DNA of 32,000 nt from an uncultured Fibrobacterota bacterium (GCA_903876665.1 CAIRAY010000100.1:22228-54227); one strand, 5' to 3'; numbered from the stretch's first letter, positions 1-9,675 are shown. Notes: generated by a model not told the origin, from the sequence alone. Numbers and translations: made by a program.

Positions 1-2175
1 TGCGAAGATATTTTCTTCGATCCCAACATTTTGACCGTGGGAACCGGCCTGGATGCACACAACCTTTATGCGGTGGATTTCCTCAACACCACGAAGTGGA
101 TCCGCGAAAATTTGGCCGGAGCCCATGTGCTGGGTGGAGTGTCCAATCTGAGCTTTGCCTTCAAGGGCAACAATGCCATCCGTGAAGCCATGCATGCCTG
201 CTTCCTCTTCCACGCGATCAAGGTGGGCATGGATCTGGGCATTGTCAATGCGGGTGTGCTTCCTGTATACGAAGAGATTCCTGCCGAAGAGCGGGAATTG
301 ATCGAAGATGTCCTGTTCTTCCGCAGGCCCGACGCCACGGAACGCCTGGTCACCTACGCCGAACAGGTCAAGGGCCGCAAGAGCGGTGGTGCCGAAGCCG
401 ATGTGCAGGAATGGCGGACGGAGCCCGTGGCCCTGCGCCTTAAACATGCGATGGTCAAGGGTTTCGACCAGTTCATCGAACAGGATGTGCGCGATTGCAG
501 GCTCGAACTTCCGGGTCCCGTACAGGTCATTGAAGGTCCGCTCATGGACGGAATGAACGCCGTGGGTGATCTGTTTGGCGCAGGCAAAATGTTCCTGCCT
601 CAAGTGGTCAAGAGCGCTCGCGTCATGAAAAAGGCTGTGGCCGTGCTGCTTCCCGAACTCAATGAACTGAATTCCGGTGGCGCTTCCAAAGCCGGCAAAA
701 TTTTGATGGCCACGGTCAAGGGCGATGTCCATGACATTGGCAAAAATATTGTGGGTGTGATTCTTGGCTGCAATAACTACGAAGTCATCGACATTGGCGT
801 GATGGTGCCTTGCGACAAAATTATCGCAGCCGCCAAGGAGCATGGTGTGGACGCCATTGGCCTGAGCGGATTAATCACTCCTTCCCTAGATGAAATGGTG
901 CGCGTTGCCGAAGCCATGGAAGCCGAAGGCATGACCATTCCGCTTTTGATCGGTGGTGCCACCACGAGCTCCATTCATACTGCCGTGCGCATTGCACCCA
1001 AACGAACCCTGGGCGTCGTCCTCCATGTGCCTGACGCATCCCGCAGCGTGGGTGCCCTGGAATCCTTGTTGAACCCAGGTAAGCGCGAGGCCACTTATGC
1101 AAGCATCCGCGCCCAGCAGGAGAAGCTCCGCGCGGCTCACCAGCGGACTCTGGCTGCCCCCAAGTATTCCCTCGCCGATGCGCGTTCCAAGGCCCCGGCT
1201 CTCACTCCTTGGAAGACTGTAAAGCCTGCCTTTGAAGGCGTAAAAGCCCTGCGGGATTTCCCCCTGTCCGACTTGCTTCCCTTCATCGATTGGAAGATGT
1301 TCTTCATGGCTTGGGAAATGAAGGGACGCTTCCCCGAAATTTTGCAGGATGCCAAAACGGGCACCGAAGCCACCAAGCTCTACCAAGATGCCTTGGGCAT
1401 GATTTCCGAAATGGGGCGCAATCGCACCCTGAAAGCCCACGCCGTGATTGGATTCTTCCGGGCCAAGCGCACCGGCGATGACGTGGAGCTGTCGGTGGGG
1501 CAAGCCCGTTGTGACTGTGGCGTCGCGCATCATCATTCGCGTCCAGTCGGAAAGCTGTGCTTTCTGCGACAGCAGGAAATCATTCCCCTGCAAGGCAAGA
1601 AAGACAGTATTTGTCATTCATTGGCGGACTTTATTTCTGCCGATTCCGAAGACTATCTTGGCATATTTGCCTGCACGGCCGGTGACGGCCTGGCTACGCT
1701 GACTCAAAGCTACAAAGCCCAAGGGGATGAGTACCACGCAATTCTTGCGCAGACGGTTGCGGACCGGTTGGCAGAGGCTCTGGCCGAAAAGTTGCATCAG
1801 GATGTCCGCAAATCCCATTGGGGATATTCCCCGAGCGAGAATATGGACCTGGATGGTCTGCTCCACAGCAAGTACCCAGGAATCCGCCCCGCGCCGGGTT
1901 ACCCTGCCTGCCCCGATCACACGGAAAAAGGACGTATTTGGGAGCTACTGGATCCTGCGGGCAATTGCGGGATCGTGCTCACCGAAAACTTCACCATGGA
2001 CCCCATCGCTTCGGTATGCGGGTACTACTTTGCCCACCCTGAGAGTGGTTACTTTGGTATTGGCAAGCTCGCCAAGGACCAGGTTCAGGACTACGCAATC
2101 CGCAAGGGCATGTCCCTCTCCGATGCCGAACGCTGGCTGGGGCCGAATTTGGGCTACGAGGCCGGTGGGGTTTAA
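1..2175 (+). CDS. metH: Cobalamin-dependent methionine synthase, 5'-truncated by the window edge (end of pterin-binding domain, B12-binding domain, AdoMet activation domain)
   Basis: Frame 1 is open from nt 1 ([11 protein letters not shown]...), so the track's M at 31 is an internal TTG Leu. B12-binding DxHxxG motif GDVHDIGKN with downstream SGL and GGA motifs. Activation-domain signature [17 protein letters not shown] near the C-terminus. Confidence 0.95.
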   Translation, partial: CEDIFFDPNILTVGTGLDAHNLYAVDFLNTTKWIRENLAGAHVLGGVSNLSFAFKGNNAIREAMHACFLFHAIKVGMDLGIVNAGVLPVYEEIPAEERELIEDVLFFRRPDATERLVTYAEQVKGRKSGGAEADVQEWRTEPVALRLKHAMVKGFDQFIEQDVRDCRLELPGPVQVIEGPLMDGMNAVGDLFGAGKMFLPQVVKSARVMKKAVAVLLPELNELNSGGASKAGKILMATVKGDVHDIGKNIVGVILGCNNYEVIDIGVMVPCDKIIAAAKEHGVDAIGLSGLITPSLDEMVRVAEAMEAEGMTIPLLIGGATTSSIHTAVRIAPKRTLGVVLHVPDASRSVGALESLLNPGKREATYASIRAQQEKLRAAHQRTLAAPKYSLADARSKAPALTPWKTVKPAFEGVKALRDFPLSDLLPFIDWKMFFMAWEMKGRFPEILQDAKTGTEATKLYQDALGMISEMGRNRTLKAHAVIGFFRAKRTGDDVELSVGQARCDCGVAHHHSRPVGKLCFLRQQEIIPLQGKKDSICHSLADFISADSEDYLGIFACTAGDGLATLTQSYKAQGDEYHAILAQTVADRLAEALAEKLHQDVRKSHWGYSPSENMDLDGLLHSKYPGIRPAPGYPACPDHTEKGRIWELLDPAGNCGIVLTENFTMDPIASVCGYYFAHPESGYFGIGKLAKDQVQDYAIRKGMSLSDAERWLGPNLGYEAGGV

Positions 2176-2231
2176 ATCCTGCAACGGGGCTCGGGCAGAT
2201 TGCCAACGGGCTTGTCACATCCGGCCTGGCA

Positions 2232-2786
2232 TCAGCGCATGGCCTTGCGAATCCGGTAGCTTGTGCCATCCGAGGCTGTGAAGGCCATCTCGAGCAGAGT
2301 CAAAAACTGCATTTCATTGGCGTCGAGGGAGCGGGAATAATCGGCGTCCAGCTCGCGTCCGTCGATGGTGTTGTTGCGGTCCAAATCCAGCCATTGCCAA
2401 TTTTCATTGGAAGCGGCTGTATCCGGTTTCCACGTAGGACCATGGGCGATAAATTGCAGGCTGGAAATCCCGCAGGGCATGGCAACTCGTCCATTCAAAT
2501 AGAGGGAGTCTGAGATCCATAATAATGTGTCACGTGACCGGTCCATGTTTTCCCAAATCACCTGTTGCTCATTTTGAAAAAGGAACTCCTGGGCCCTGCT
2601 CACGCGAGTCTGTAAAGCAAGAAACGAAGCTTGGCTTGCCAAATTTTCAAGCCCGATTTTTTGCCGGTTGAAGATGGTGTTGTGCAAGTGTAGCCAAAGT
2701 CCGACGGCCAGTGCGCATCCAATGGCCGAGATGGTCATGGCCATCATCATTTCAATCAGGGTAAATCCGGAGTTATGGCGAGACAT
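2232..2786 (-). CDS. Prepilin-type N-terminal cleavage/methylation domain protein (minor pseudopilin, GspJ-like size) with tandem EF-hand-like loops near the C-terminus
   Basis: N-terminus MSRHNSG|FTLIEMMMAMTISAIG has a canonical prepilin peptidase site (Gly-1, Phe+1, Glu+5) followed by a hydrophobic helix. ATG at 2786 is preceded by GGGGAG and overlaps the upstream gene by 14 nt. Confidence 0.8.
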   Translation of the reverse strand: MSRHNSGFTLIEMMMAMTISAIGCALAVGLWLHLHNTIFNRQKIGLENLASQASFLALQTRVSRAQEFLFQNEQQVIWENMDRSRDTLLWISDSLYLNGRVAMPCGISSLQFIAHGPTWKPDTAASNENWQWLDLDRNNTIDGRELDADYSRSLDANEMQFLTLLEMAFTASDGTSYRIRKAMR

Positions 2787-3213
2787 GGATGACTCCCCCG
2801 ACTGACAAAAATTGACTCGATGTGTAGGGCGCCCCCTGCTTGCTTACATGGTAGATTTTTAACACCACCTCGCGTGGGCGCTGCAGAAAGCGCATGGCCT
2901 GGTCTGTGGGCATGCCCAGGGAATCCGCAATGTTGCGCAGGTCGTTGGTATCGAGCACTTGTCGCTCGAGTTCAAATTGGTCTAAACCCTGTTTCACCGT
3001 CCAGGTGGAATCGACAGCTAGCGCAGGGAAAGCAACCAACAACTCCATCTCGTTTGCCAGGATCATTTGGGCTTCCGAGCGTACCCGATCCTTGGCGCTA
3101 ATCGTTCCATAGGCAAGGAACCAGTAAAAGAGCGCTGAGAATCCAATGGTTAGAATGGCGATAGCGATTAGCGCTTCGATCAGGGTAAATCCCGCTTTAA
3201 TTTTTGGGGTCAC
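2773..3213 (-). CDS. Prepilin-type N-terminal cleavage/methylation domain protein (small minor pseudopilin, GspI-like size)
   Basis: N-terminus MTPKIKAG|FTLIEALIAIAILTIG is a canonical class III signal. The GTG start lies in a GTGA overlap with the upstream stop and is preceded by GGAGGA. Confidence 0.8.
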   Translation of the reverse strand: MTPKIKAGFTLIEALIAIAILTIGFSALFYWFLAYGTISAKDRVRSEAQMILANEMELLVAFPALAVDSTWTVKQGLDQFELERQVLDTNDLRNIADSLGMPTDQAMRFLQRPREVVLKIYHVSKQGAPYTSSQFLSVGGVIHVSP

Positions 3214-4517
3214 TCCGTCCTCCAGCGCAAGGAAGCGAAGTGGAGGGGTTCACCGAAACTCATTCCCGGCAATTGCAGCATTCCGCTAGGGAGGCTATCG
3301 CGATTGAATACTCCATTCCCCGGACAATTGGTACCTGTTTTGTATTGACAGGAAAGTCTGCGCACCACGGTGATTCCTCCCACCAGCCCCTCATTGCGGA
3401 TGCCACCAGGGGAAATGACTGCTCCTAGAATTTTGGCGTCCGTTTCAACCAGGATTTCAGCGGTGGGAATGGAGCTGAAAACGTAGCCCGTGAAGCGGGT
3501 GTCGTCTTGGAATAGGATGTCGCCTTTGCCTGATTCCGGACGTGTGGTGGGGTGGCTGGTGGCCACAAAGGACCAAGGCAAATACGTGGATTCCCCGGAA
3601 AGCAAAATATTCCCTTGAGCGAAAAGACGTACTTCAAAGCGGTGCTCTCCTTCGATCTGAATCCGGCCCATGCTGAAGATGGTGAGGCGCTTGGCGGTGA
3701 TGGAACCTCGGATCAAAACATCCCCCTCGGAAATGAGCACCAGGGTATCCGCATCAATGGATCCTTCCAGCTCGATGTTGCCTTGTACGACGAACAAATG
3801 GGATCCAGGAAGACGGAATTTGGAATTGTATTTTCCGGACAAGTCTATTCGCAAATCTCCCCGTTCCACCCGGACGGTGTCTTCCTGAAGTAATGAATTT
3901 TCCCCCCAAATGCGCTGATTACCCCGGACGCAGGATTCTCCGCATTTTTCCAGGGAATCGGGCTGAAACAAAGTCCGGTGCAGGTTGACCCAATACATCC
4001 ACTTTGTCTCCAGAACCTGCATCGATTGGTTCATGATTTGTACCGAAGCGGGGGTGACGGGAATTCCTGCCGAAAGCAAGGGGCCCTTGACGCGCAATTG
4101 GGAGAGCGAGGTCTGGTCCATTGGATCCAGCACCCGTAGGGCGTATTCAAATGCACCCTTATTTCTAGGCCTTCCCAGCTCGACTACGGTTTTGGCGGAC
4201 TCCCCCAGGAAATCTGCGGTGCTTTCGATGCGAAGCCAAAAATCCGAGCTGTCCACAAGGATCGTAGGAACGACCAGCCCAGCAGGCGGACGCAAAAGTT
4301 CGTTTTTGGCGGAATCCCGGGGCGGGGTGGATAACCTCCAGGCCTCGAGCTCAATGGCACCTTCCGCCAGGCTCTGCGCTTGCATGCGGTGAAGGCGCTT
4401 TACCGCCAGAAAAGAACCATGCCCGCTCCCGGAAAGGAGCGCATTGGCCAGCAGGGTTGCCACAAGAAGCACTAACAGGGAGAGTGCAAGGGCGTTTCCT
4501 GACCGGTTCCGTTTCAT
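3210..4517 (-). CDS. Large pseudopilin-associated protein with PilX_N/GspK-like N-terminus and a beta-helix-like repeat region
   Basis: N-terminus MKRNRSGNALALSLLVLLVATLLANALL resembles the non-Glu+5 hydrophobic N-terminus of GspK/PilX-type minor pilins. It is the first gene of a coupled three-gene unit. The track starts at TTG 4526; the first ATG is at 4517. Function is inferred from context only. Confidence 0.6.
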   Translation of the reverse strand: MKRNRSGNALALSLLVLLVATLLANALLSGSGHGSFLAVKRLHRMQAQSLAEGAIELEAWRLSTPPRDSAKNELLRPPAGLVVPTILVDSSDFWLRIESTADFLGESAKTVVELGRPRNKGAFEYALRVLDPMDQTSLSQLRVKGPLLSAGIPVTPASVQIMNQSMQVLETKWMYWVNLHRTLFQPDSLEKCGESCVRGNQRIWGENSLLQEDTVRVERGDLRIDLSGKYNSKFRLPGSHLFVVQGNIELEGSIDADTLVLISEGDVLIRGSITAKRLTIFSMGRIQIEGEHRFEVRLFAQGNILLSGESTYLPWSFVATSHPTTRPESGKGDILFQDDTRFTGYVFSSIPTAEILVETDAKILGAVISPGGIRNEGLVGGITVVRRLSCQYKTGTNCPGNGVFNRDSLPSGMLQLPGMSFGEPLHFASLRWRTE

Positions 4518-4699
4518 TTCCAACAAATGTAGTTCCCGGGATTCTCAAAATAGTTCAAAGAAAGCTTGATCCTTGCCTGATTTAGGGCGAACCTCTTTTC
4601 TTGTTTTTCACATTTAGTATGTTTTCGCCTTTGAAAAACAGTTTAGCCCACAAGGTCTAGTTGTTTGTACATTTGTGCAGTACTTTTCTGTGAGAGATT

Positions 4700-6556
4700 A
4701 TGGCCATACCTCAGACTCCTAAATATGACGAATCGAGCATTAAATCCCTGGAATGGAACGAACACATCCGATTGCGCCCCGGCATGTACATCGGAAAGCT
4801 CGGTGACGGCTCCGCTCCGGACGACGGCATCTATGTGCTATGCAAAGAAATCATCGACAATTCCATCGATGAATTCGTTATGGGCGCCGGCAAAAAGGTC
4901 GAAATTTCTGTTGATGAGAAGCAAGTCCGCATTCGCGATTTTGGCCGTGGCATCCCCTTGGGCAAAGTCATCGAATGTGTCTCCAAGATCAACACCGGTG
5001 GCAAATACGACTCCGAGGCCTTCCAGAAGTCTGTTGGGCTCAATGGTGTGGGCACCAAGGCGGTGAACGCCCTTTCCCAAAAATTCGTGGTGTGTTCCCA
5101 TCGCGACGGACGTTGCAAAAAGGCAGAATTCAGCCGGGGTCTTCTGCTCAAGGAGTGGCCCGAGGCCGCCACTTCCGAAAAGAATGGAACCGAGGTGGTT
5201 TTTGAGCCCGATTCCACCATCTTCCACAACTACCGCTTTCTTCCTGCCTATTTGGAAGAGAAAATCTGGAACTACGCCTATTTGAATAACGGGCTCACCC
5301 TAGTTTTCAATGGCAAAAACTACAGTAGCCCCAATGGCCTGCGGGATTTGCTGGCAAAACATGTGGACGATTCCATCCGCTATCCGCTGGTTCATTTGCG
5401 GAGCTCCGATATCGAATTTTCATTCACCCACGGCAACCAGTACGGCGAGCATTATTTCAGCTTCGTAAATGGGCAGCACACCACCCAGGGCGGAACCCAT
5501 CTCAACGCCTTCCGCGAAGCCATCGTTAAAACCGTGCGGGACTTTTTCAAAAAAGACTACGACGCGGCCGATGTGCGTAGCTGCATCGTGGGTGCGGTTT
5601 CTGTGCGCATCCAGGAGCCCGTATTCGAATCCCAGACCAAAACGCGTTTGGGCTCCAATACCATATCCCCCAATGGCCCTGTTTTGCGGGGCTGGCTCAT
5701 GGATTATGTGACCAAGGAACTCGATAATTACTTGCACAAGAATCCCGAAACCGCCAAGGCCATGCAGGACCGCATCATCCAGTCCGAGCGGGAGCGCAAG
5801 GAGATTTCCGGTATCCGCAAACTGGCCAATGACCGGGCCAAAAAGGCAAATCTCCACAACAAAAAATTGCGAGATTGCAAAGTGCATCTGGTGGACGAAA
5901 AAAACCCGCGCAAACGCGACACCATGATTTTCATCACCGAAGGTGACTCTGCCTCGGGTTCCATCACCAAGTCCCGCGAAGTCTTGACCCAGGCTGTTTT
6001 CAGCCTCAAGGGCAAACCTCTCAACACTTTCGGCCTTACTCGTAAAGTGGTCTACGAGAACGAGGAGTTTAACCTGTTGCAACACGCCCTCGATATCGAG
6101 AATGGCCTGGAAAACTTGCGTTACGACAAGGTGATCATCGCCACCGATGCCGATGTGGACGGCATGCATATCCGTCTGTTGATGATGACGTTTTTTCTCC
6201 AGTTTTTCCCTGAGCTGGTGGAGCAGCAGCATCTCTATATTCTGCAAACTCCGCTTTTTCGGGTCCGCAATAAAAAAGAAACCCGCTACTGCTACGATGA
6301 ATTTGAGAAGCAGGAAGCCATGAAGTCCTTGGGAGACAAAGGTCTTGAGATTACCCGCTTCAAAGGCCTCGGTGAAATCAGCCCGTCTGAATTTGGGCTG
6401 TTCATTGGAGAACACATTCGCCTGGAGTCCGTAACCATGCCTCCGGATACCTCCCTGGGCAAGACTTTGGAATATTACATGGGTAAAAATACCCCCCAGC
6501 GCCAGGAATTCATTGTCGAAAACCTGCGCTACGATGTTGTGGTTGATGTAGTTTGA
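4700..6556 (+). CDS. parE: Type IIA DNA topoisomerase subunit B, topoisomerase IV (ParE) type
   Basis: GHKL ATPase N-terminus ([25 protein letters not shown]), Toprim EGDSAG motif ([10 protein letters not shown]), and DxDxDG ([11 protein letters not shown]). Its short 618-aa length and position directly upstream of the A subunit fit ParE. The ParE versus GyrB call is less certain than the family call. Confidence 0.85.
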   Translation: MAIPQTPKYDESSIKSLEWNEHIRLRPGMYIGKLGDGSAPDDGIYVLCKEIIDNSIDEFVMGAGKKVEISVDEKQVRIRDFGRGIPLGKVIECVSKINTGGKYDSEAFQKSVGLNGVGTKAVNALSQKFVVCSHRDGRCKKAEFSRGLLLKEWPEAATSEKNGTEVVFEPDSTIFHNYRFLPAYLEEKIWNYAYLNNGLTLVFNGKNYSSPNGLRDLLAKHVDDSIRYPLVHLRSSDIEFSFTHGNQYGEHYFSFVNGQHTTQGGTHLNAFREAIVKTVRDFFKKDYDAADVRSCIVGAVSVRIQEPVFESQTKTRLGSNTISPNGPVLRGWLMDYVTKELDNYLHKNPETAKAMQDRIIQSERERKEISGIRKLANDRAKKANLHNKKLRDCKVHLVDEKNPRKRDTMIFITEGDSASGSITKSREVLTQAVFSLKGKPLNTFGLTRKVVYENEEFNLLQHALDIENGLENLRYDKVIIATDADVDGMHIRLLMMTFFLQFFPELVEQQHLYILQTPLFRVRNKKETRYCYDEFEKQEAMKSLGDKGLEITRFKGLGEISPSEFGLFIGEHIRLESVTMPPDTSLGKTLEYYMGKNTPQRQEFIVENLRYDVVVDVV

Positions 6557-6582
6557 TTCGCTGCCAAAAGAGTAAATCCTAG

Positions 6583-9162
6583 ATGAAAAATAAAGACGAG
6601 CAAACCTTTGATGAATCTGGCGCCCCGGTGGTCAAGGTCGAGAACCATTTGCAAGGCCTCTATAAGAATTGGTTTCTGGAATACGCCAGTTATGTGATTT
6701 TGGATCGTGCGGTGCCCTACTACGAAGACGGTCTTAAGCCCGTTCAGCGTCGCATTTTGCATACGCTTTTCGAGATGCACGATGGGCGCCATCACAAGAT
6801 TGCCAATGTGATCGGCCAGACCATGAAGTACCACCCACATGGCGATGCGAGTATTGGTGACGCCTTGGTCGGCCTGGGTCAAAAAGACCTGTTGATTGAC
6901 ATGCAGGGTAACTGGGGAAACCCTTCTACCGGCGACTCTGCCGCCGCTCCCCGCTACATTGAGGGCCGCCTGACTCAATTCGCACTAGATGTGCTTTTCA
7001 ATCCCGAAACGACCGATTTTGTCCCCAGTTACGATGGCCGTTCTAAAGAGCCCATTACCCTCCCGGTAAAATTTCCTCTCCTACTGGCCCAAGGAGTAGA
7101 GGGTATCGCGGTGGGTCTTTCCACCACCATTTTACCCCATAACTTCTGCGAACTTCTGGAAGCCAGCATCGCCTATTTGCGTGGGCGTAAATTTGACCTG
7201 TATCCCGATTTTCCGGGTGGCGGCATCGCCGACGTTTCCAACTACAACGATGGCTTGCGGGGCGGAAAAGTCAAGGTACGCGCCAAAATCGAAAAGTCCG
7301 ATAATCGGACCTTGGTGATCAGTGAAATCCCTTATGGGACAACGACTGGATCCCTGATTGAAAGTATTGTCGCTGCTAACGACAAAGGCAAAATCAAGAT
7401 CAAAAAGGTGGACGACAATACGGCGGCCGAGGTGGAAGTCGTCATTCACTTGGCACCCGGTTCCGAGCCCCAGGTGGTCATCGACGCTTTGTTTGCATTC
7501 ACGGATTGCGAAAAATCCCTGTCTCCCAACTCTTGCATTATCGTAGAAAAAAAGCCCGCCTTCCTGAGCGTCACCGAGATCCTAAAAAAGAATACCGACC
7601 ACACGGTTCGGTTGCTGGAATGGGAGCTCAAAAATCGCCTGGATCACCTGCAATCCAGGTGGCACATGACTTCTCTCGAAAAGATTTTCATCGAGCAGAA
7701 GGTGTATTCCGTAATCGAAAAGGCCCACGACAAAGAAGAAATGGTCACCTTGATTCAAGATGGCCTCAAACCCTTCATCAAAAAACTCCGGCGCGAAATT
7801 TCCCGTGAAGATGTCCTGCGTTTAGGCGAAATTCCTGTGCGTCGCACATCTTTGTACGACAAGAAAAAGACAGACGAGCTCCTGATTGAGCTAGACACCC
7901 ATATTGGCGAGGTCCAAGGTCACTTGATGGGACTGGTAGACTACGCAGTCAATTGGTTCAAAGACTTGCTGAAAAAGTATGGCAAGGGCCGGGAACGTCG
8001 CACCGAACTGGCCGGGTTCGAAAAGGTCAGCGCCGTCCATGTGGCCATAGCGAACCAGAAGTTATACGTGAACGCCAAAGAAGGCTTCATGGGCACCAGC
8101 CTCAAAAAAGAAGAATTTCTTTTTGATGTGTCCGAATACGACGATATCATCGTGTTCAAGGCTGATGCGAGCTTCATGGTGGTCCGTGTGTCCGAAAAGG
8201 CCTTCGTAGGCAAGGACGTGATTCGGGTGGAACGCTTTAATAAAGATGATGAACGTCATATTTACAACTTGGTTTACCAGGATGGCAAGGATGGCCCTTC
8301 CTATGTCAAGCGCTTCAACGTCGGGGGCATAACCCGCGACAAGGAGTATCCACTCGGAAAGAGTACCCCGGGCACCAAGGTCCTTTACTTGTCCTCCAAT
8401 CCCAATGGTGAAGCCGAAGTGGTCGAAGTTGTTCTCAAGCCACGGCCACGCATCAAATTGAACTTCGAAGTGGATTTTTCCGAAGTCGATGTCAAGGGGC
8501 GCGGTGCTGGGGGAAACCAGATCACCAAGTATCCAATTCGAATCGTCAAGAAATCCCGCACCGGCGTGTCCACCCTGGGTGCGCGGGTCTTGTATTTTGA
8601 TGCCAATTCCGGCGTAGTGGGTTCGCAGAAAAAGGGCGAAGCTTTAGGTGAATTCGAAAAGTCCGACAAGGTGTTTGTGGTTCGCAAGAACGGCATTGCC
8701 CGAATTTATGATTTCTCAGATCCAATATTGGTTGGCACCGATGTTTTATGGGTGGGACGTTTTGACCCCGAAAGCGTTGGCGACCAAATCTTCTCTATTC
8801 TGTATTTCGATGGTGCCAATTTCACCTACTATGTCAAGCGTTTCACTTTGGAAGGCGCGCCTTCGACCACGGATTTCTCGCTGATCACCGATCATGCCGA
8901 TTCCCGCTTGATTGAATTCTTCGACGACCTAGAGCCCAAGGCTCTGGTGGAATACCAGACCACCGGCAAAGAGATCCAACGGGAGCTGCTGGATTTGACC
9001 GTGGTGGCCGATGTCAAGAGCTACAAGGCTCTGGGCAGCAAATTCACAGCTAAGAAGGTGCGCAAGGTGATGAAGGCCCCTGAGACCGTGGTTTCGGGGG
9101 AACAAACCCCCGAAGAGGCCCTCAAGAAGGAAAAGCCCCTTGAACTGGATCTCTTCCGCTAA
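6583..9162 (+). CDS. parC: Type IIA DNA topoisomerase subunit A, topoisomerase IV (ParC) type
   Basis: Active-site region SAAAPRYIEGRL (catalytic Tyr125) and QRDR-equivalent YHPHGDASIGDAL. I found no canonical GyrA-box (QRRGGKG) in the C-terminal domain, which favours ParC over GyrA. Confidence 0.85.
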   Translation: MKNKDEQTFDESGAPVVKVENHLQGLYKNWFLEYASYVILDRAVPYYEDGLKPVQRRILHTLFEMHDGRHHKIANVIGQTMKYHPHGDASIGDALVGLGQKDLLIDMQGNWGNPSTGDSAAAPRYIEGRLTQFALDVLFNPETTDFVPSYDGRSKEPITLPVKFPLLLAQGVEGIAVGLSTTILPHNFCELLEASIAYLRGRKFDLYPDFPGGGIADVSNYNDGLRGGKVKVRAKIEKSDNRTLVISEIPYGTTTGSLIESIVAANDKGKIKIKKVDDNTAAEVEVVIHLAPGSEPQVVIDALFAFTDCEKSLSPNSCIIVEKKPAFLSVTEILKKNTDHTVRLLEWELKNRLDHLQSRWHMTSLEKIFIEQKVYSVIEKAHDKEEMVTLIQDGLKPFIKKLRREISREDVLRLGEIPVRRTSLYDKKKTDELLIELDTHIGEVQGHLMGLVDYAVNWFKDLLKKYGKGRERRTELAGFEKVSAVHVAIANQKLYVNAKEGFMGTSLKKEEFLFDVSEYDDIIVFKADASFMVVRVSEKAFVGKDVIRVERFNKDDERHIYNLVYQDGKDGPSYVKRFNVGGITRDKEYPLGKSTPGTKVLYLSSNPNGEAEVVEVVLKPRPRIKLNFEVDFSEVDVKGRGAGGNQITKYPIRIVKKSRTGVSTLGARVLYFDANSGVVGSQKKGEALGEFEKSDKVFVVRKNGIARIYDFSDPILVGTDVLWVGRFDPESVGDQIFSILYFDGANFTYYVKRFTLEGAPSTTDFSLITDHADSRLIEFFDDLEPKALVEYQTTGKEIQRELLDLTVVADVKSYKALGSKFTAKKVRKVMKAPETVVSGEQTPEEALKKEKPLELDLFR

Positions 9163-9174
9163 AGGAGTTCAGCC

Positions 9175-9675
9175 ATGAAAAAATCGATTTTCACTATTTT
9201 TGCAATTCTCGGTTTGGTGGCACTGAATTTTGGCGTGGACCGCATCACCAAAATGATGGCAGTTTCGAGCCTAAAAGGACAGGCGACGATTGAAGTGGTG
9301 GGTAATTTCTTCATTCTGCATTTTGCTGAAAACAAGGGCGCATTCCTGAGCATGGGTTCTGCCATGGGCGAGTGGGGGCGCTTCGCCTTCTTGGCTATTT
9401 TGCCGGCCATTGCCTTGGTGGGTGGGCTCGGGTACTTAATTTTTCGGCGCGACCGGCTTGATACCTTTCACCTGGTCTGCTGGTCCTCGCTGATTGGCGG
9501 CGGGCTTGCCAATATCTACGATCGTCTTTTCAACGAAGGCCGCGTCGTGGATTTTATGAATTTTGGCATCGGCTCCCTGCGGACCGGCATTTTGAATGTG
9601 GCCGACCTTTCCATCACTTTTGCGGTGGTGGCTCTGTTCCTGGTCGGGCTAAAAAAGGATCCGAAAAAGGGCTGA
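9175..9675 (+). CDS. lspA: Lipoprotein signal peptidase (signal peptidase II)
   Basis: 166 aa with four hydrophobic segments. Conserved LspA boxes ENKGAFLS, GGGLANIYDR, VVDFMNF and NVADLSI. AGGAG lies 7 nt upstream of the ATG, 12 nt after the parC stop. Confidence 0.9.
   Translation: MKKSIFTIFAILGLVALNFGVDRITKMMAVSSLKGQATIEVVGNFFILHFAENKGAFLSMGSAMGEWGRFAFLAILPAIALVGGLGYLIFRRDRLDTFHLVCWSSLIGGGLANIYDRLFNEGRVVDFMNFGIGSLRTGILNVADLSITFAVVALFLVGLKKDPKKG

Noticed and set aside
1727-2281. A 184-aa plus-strand ORF overlapping the metH 3' end out of frame and running into the pseudopilin gene.
   Set aside because: It lies in an alternative frame of a strongly supported gene. Its Arg/Pro/Ser-rich composition is typical of off-frame translation.
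4700-9162. The alternative call of these two genes as DNA gyrase (gyrB/gyrA).
   Set aside because: The B subunit is short (618 aa). The A subunit lacks a recognisable GyrA-box and has the divergent QGNWGN / AAPRYIEGRL variants that I associate with FCB-group ParC. I cannot exclude gyrase without a phylogeny, so confidence in the symbols is lower than in the family.
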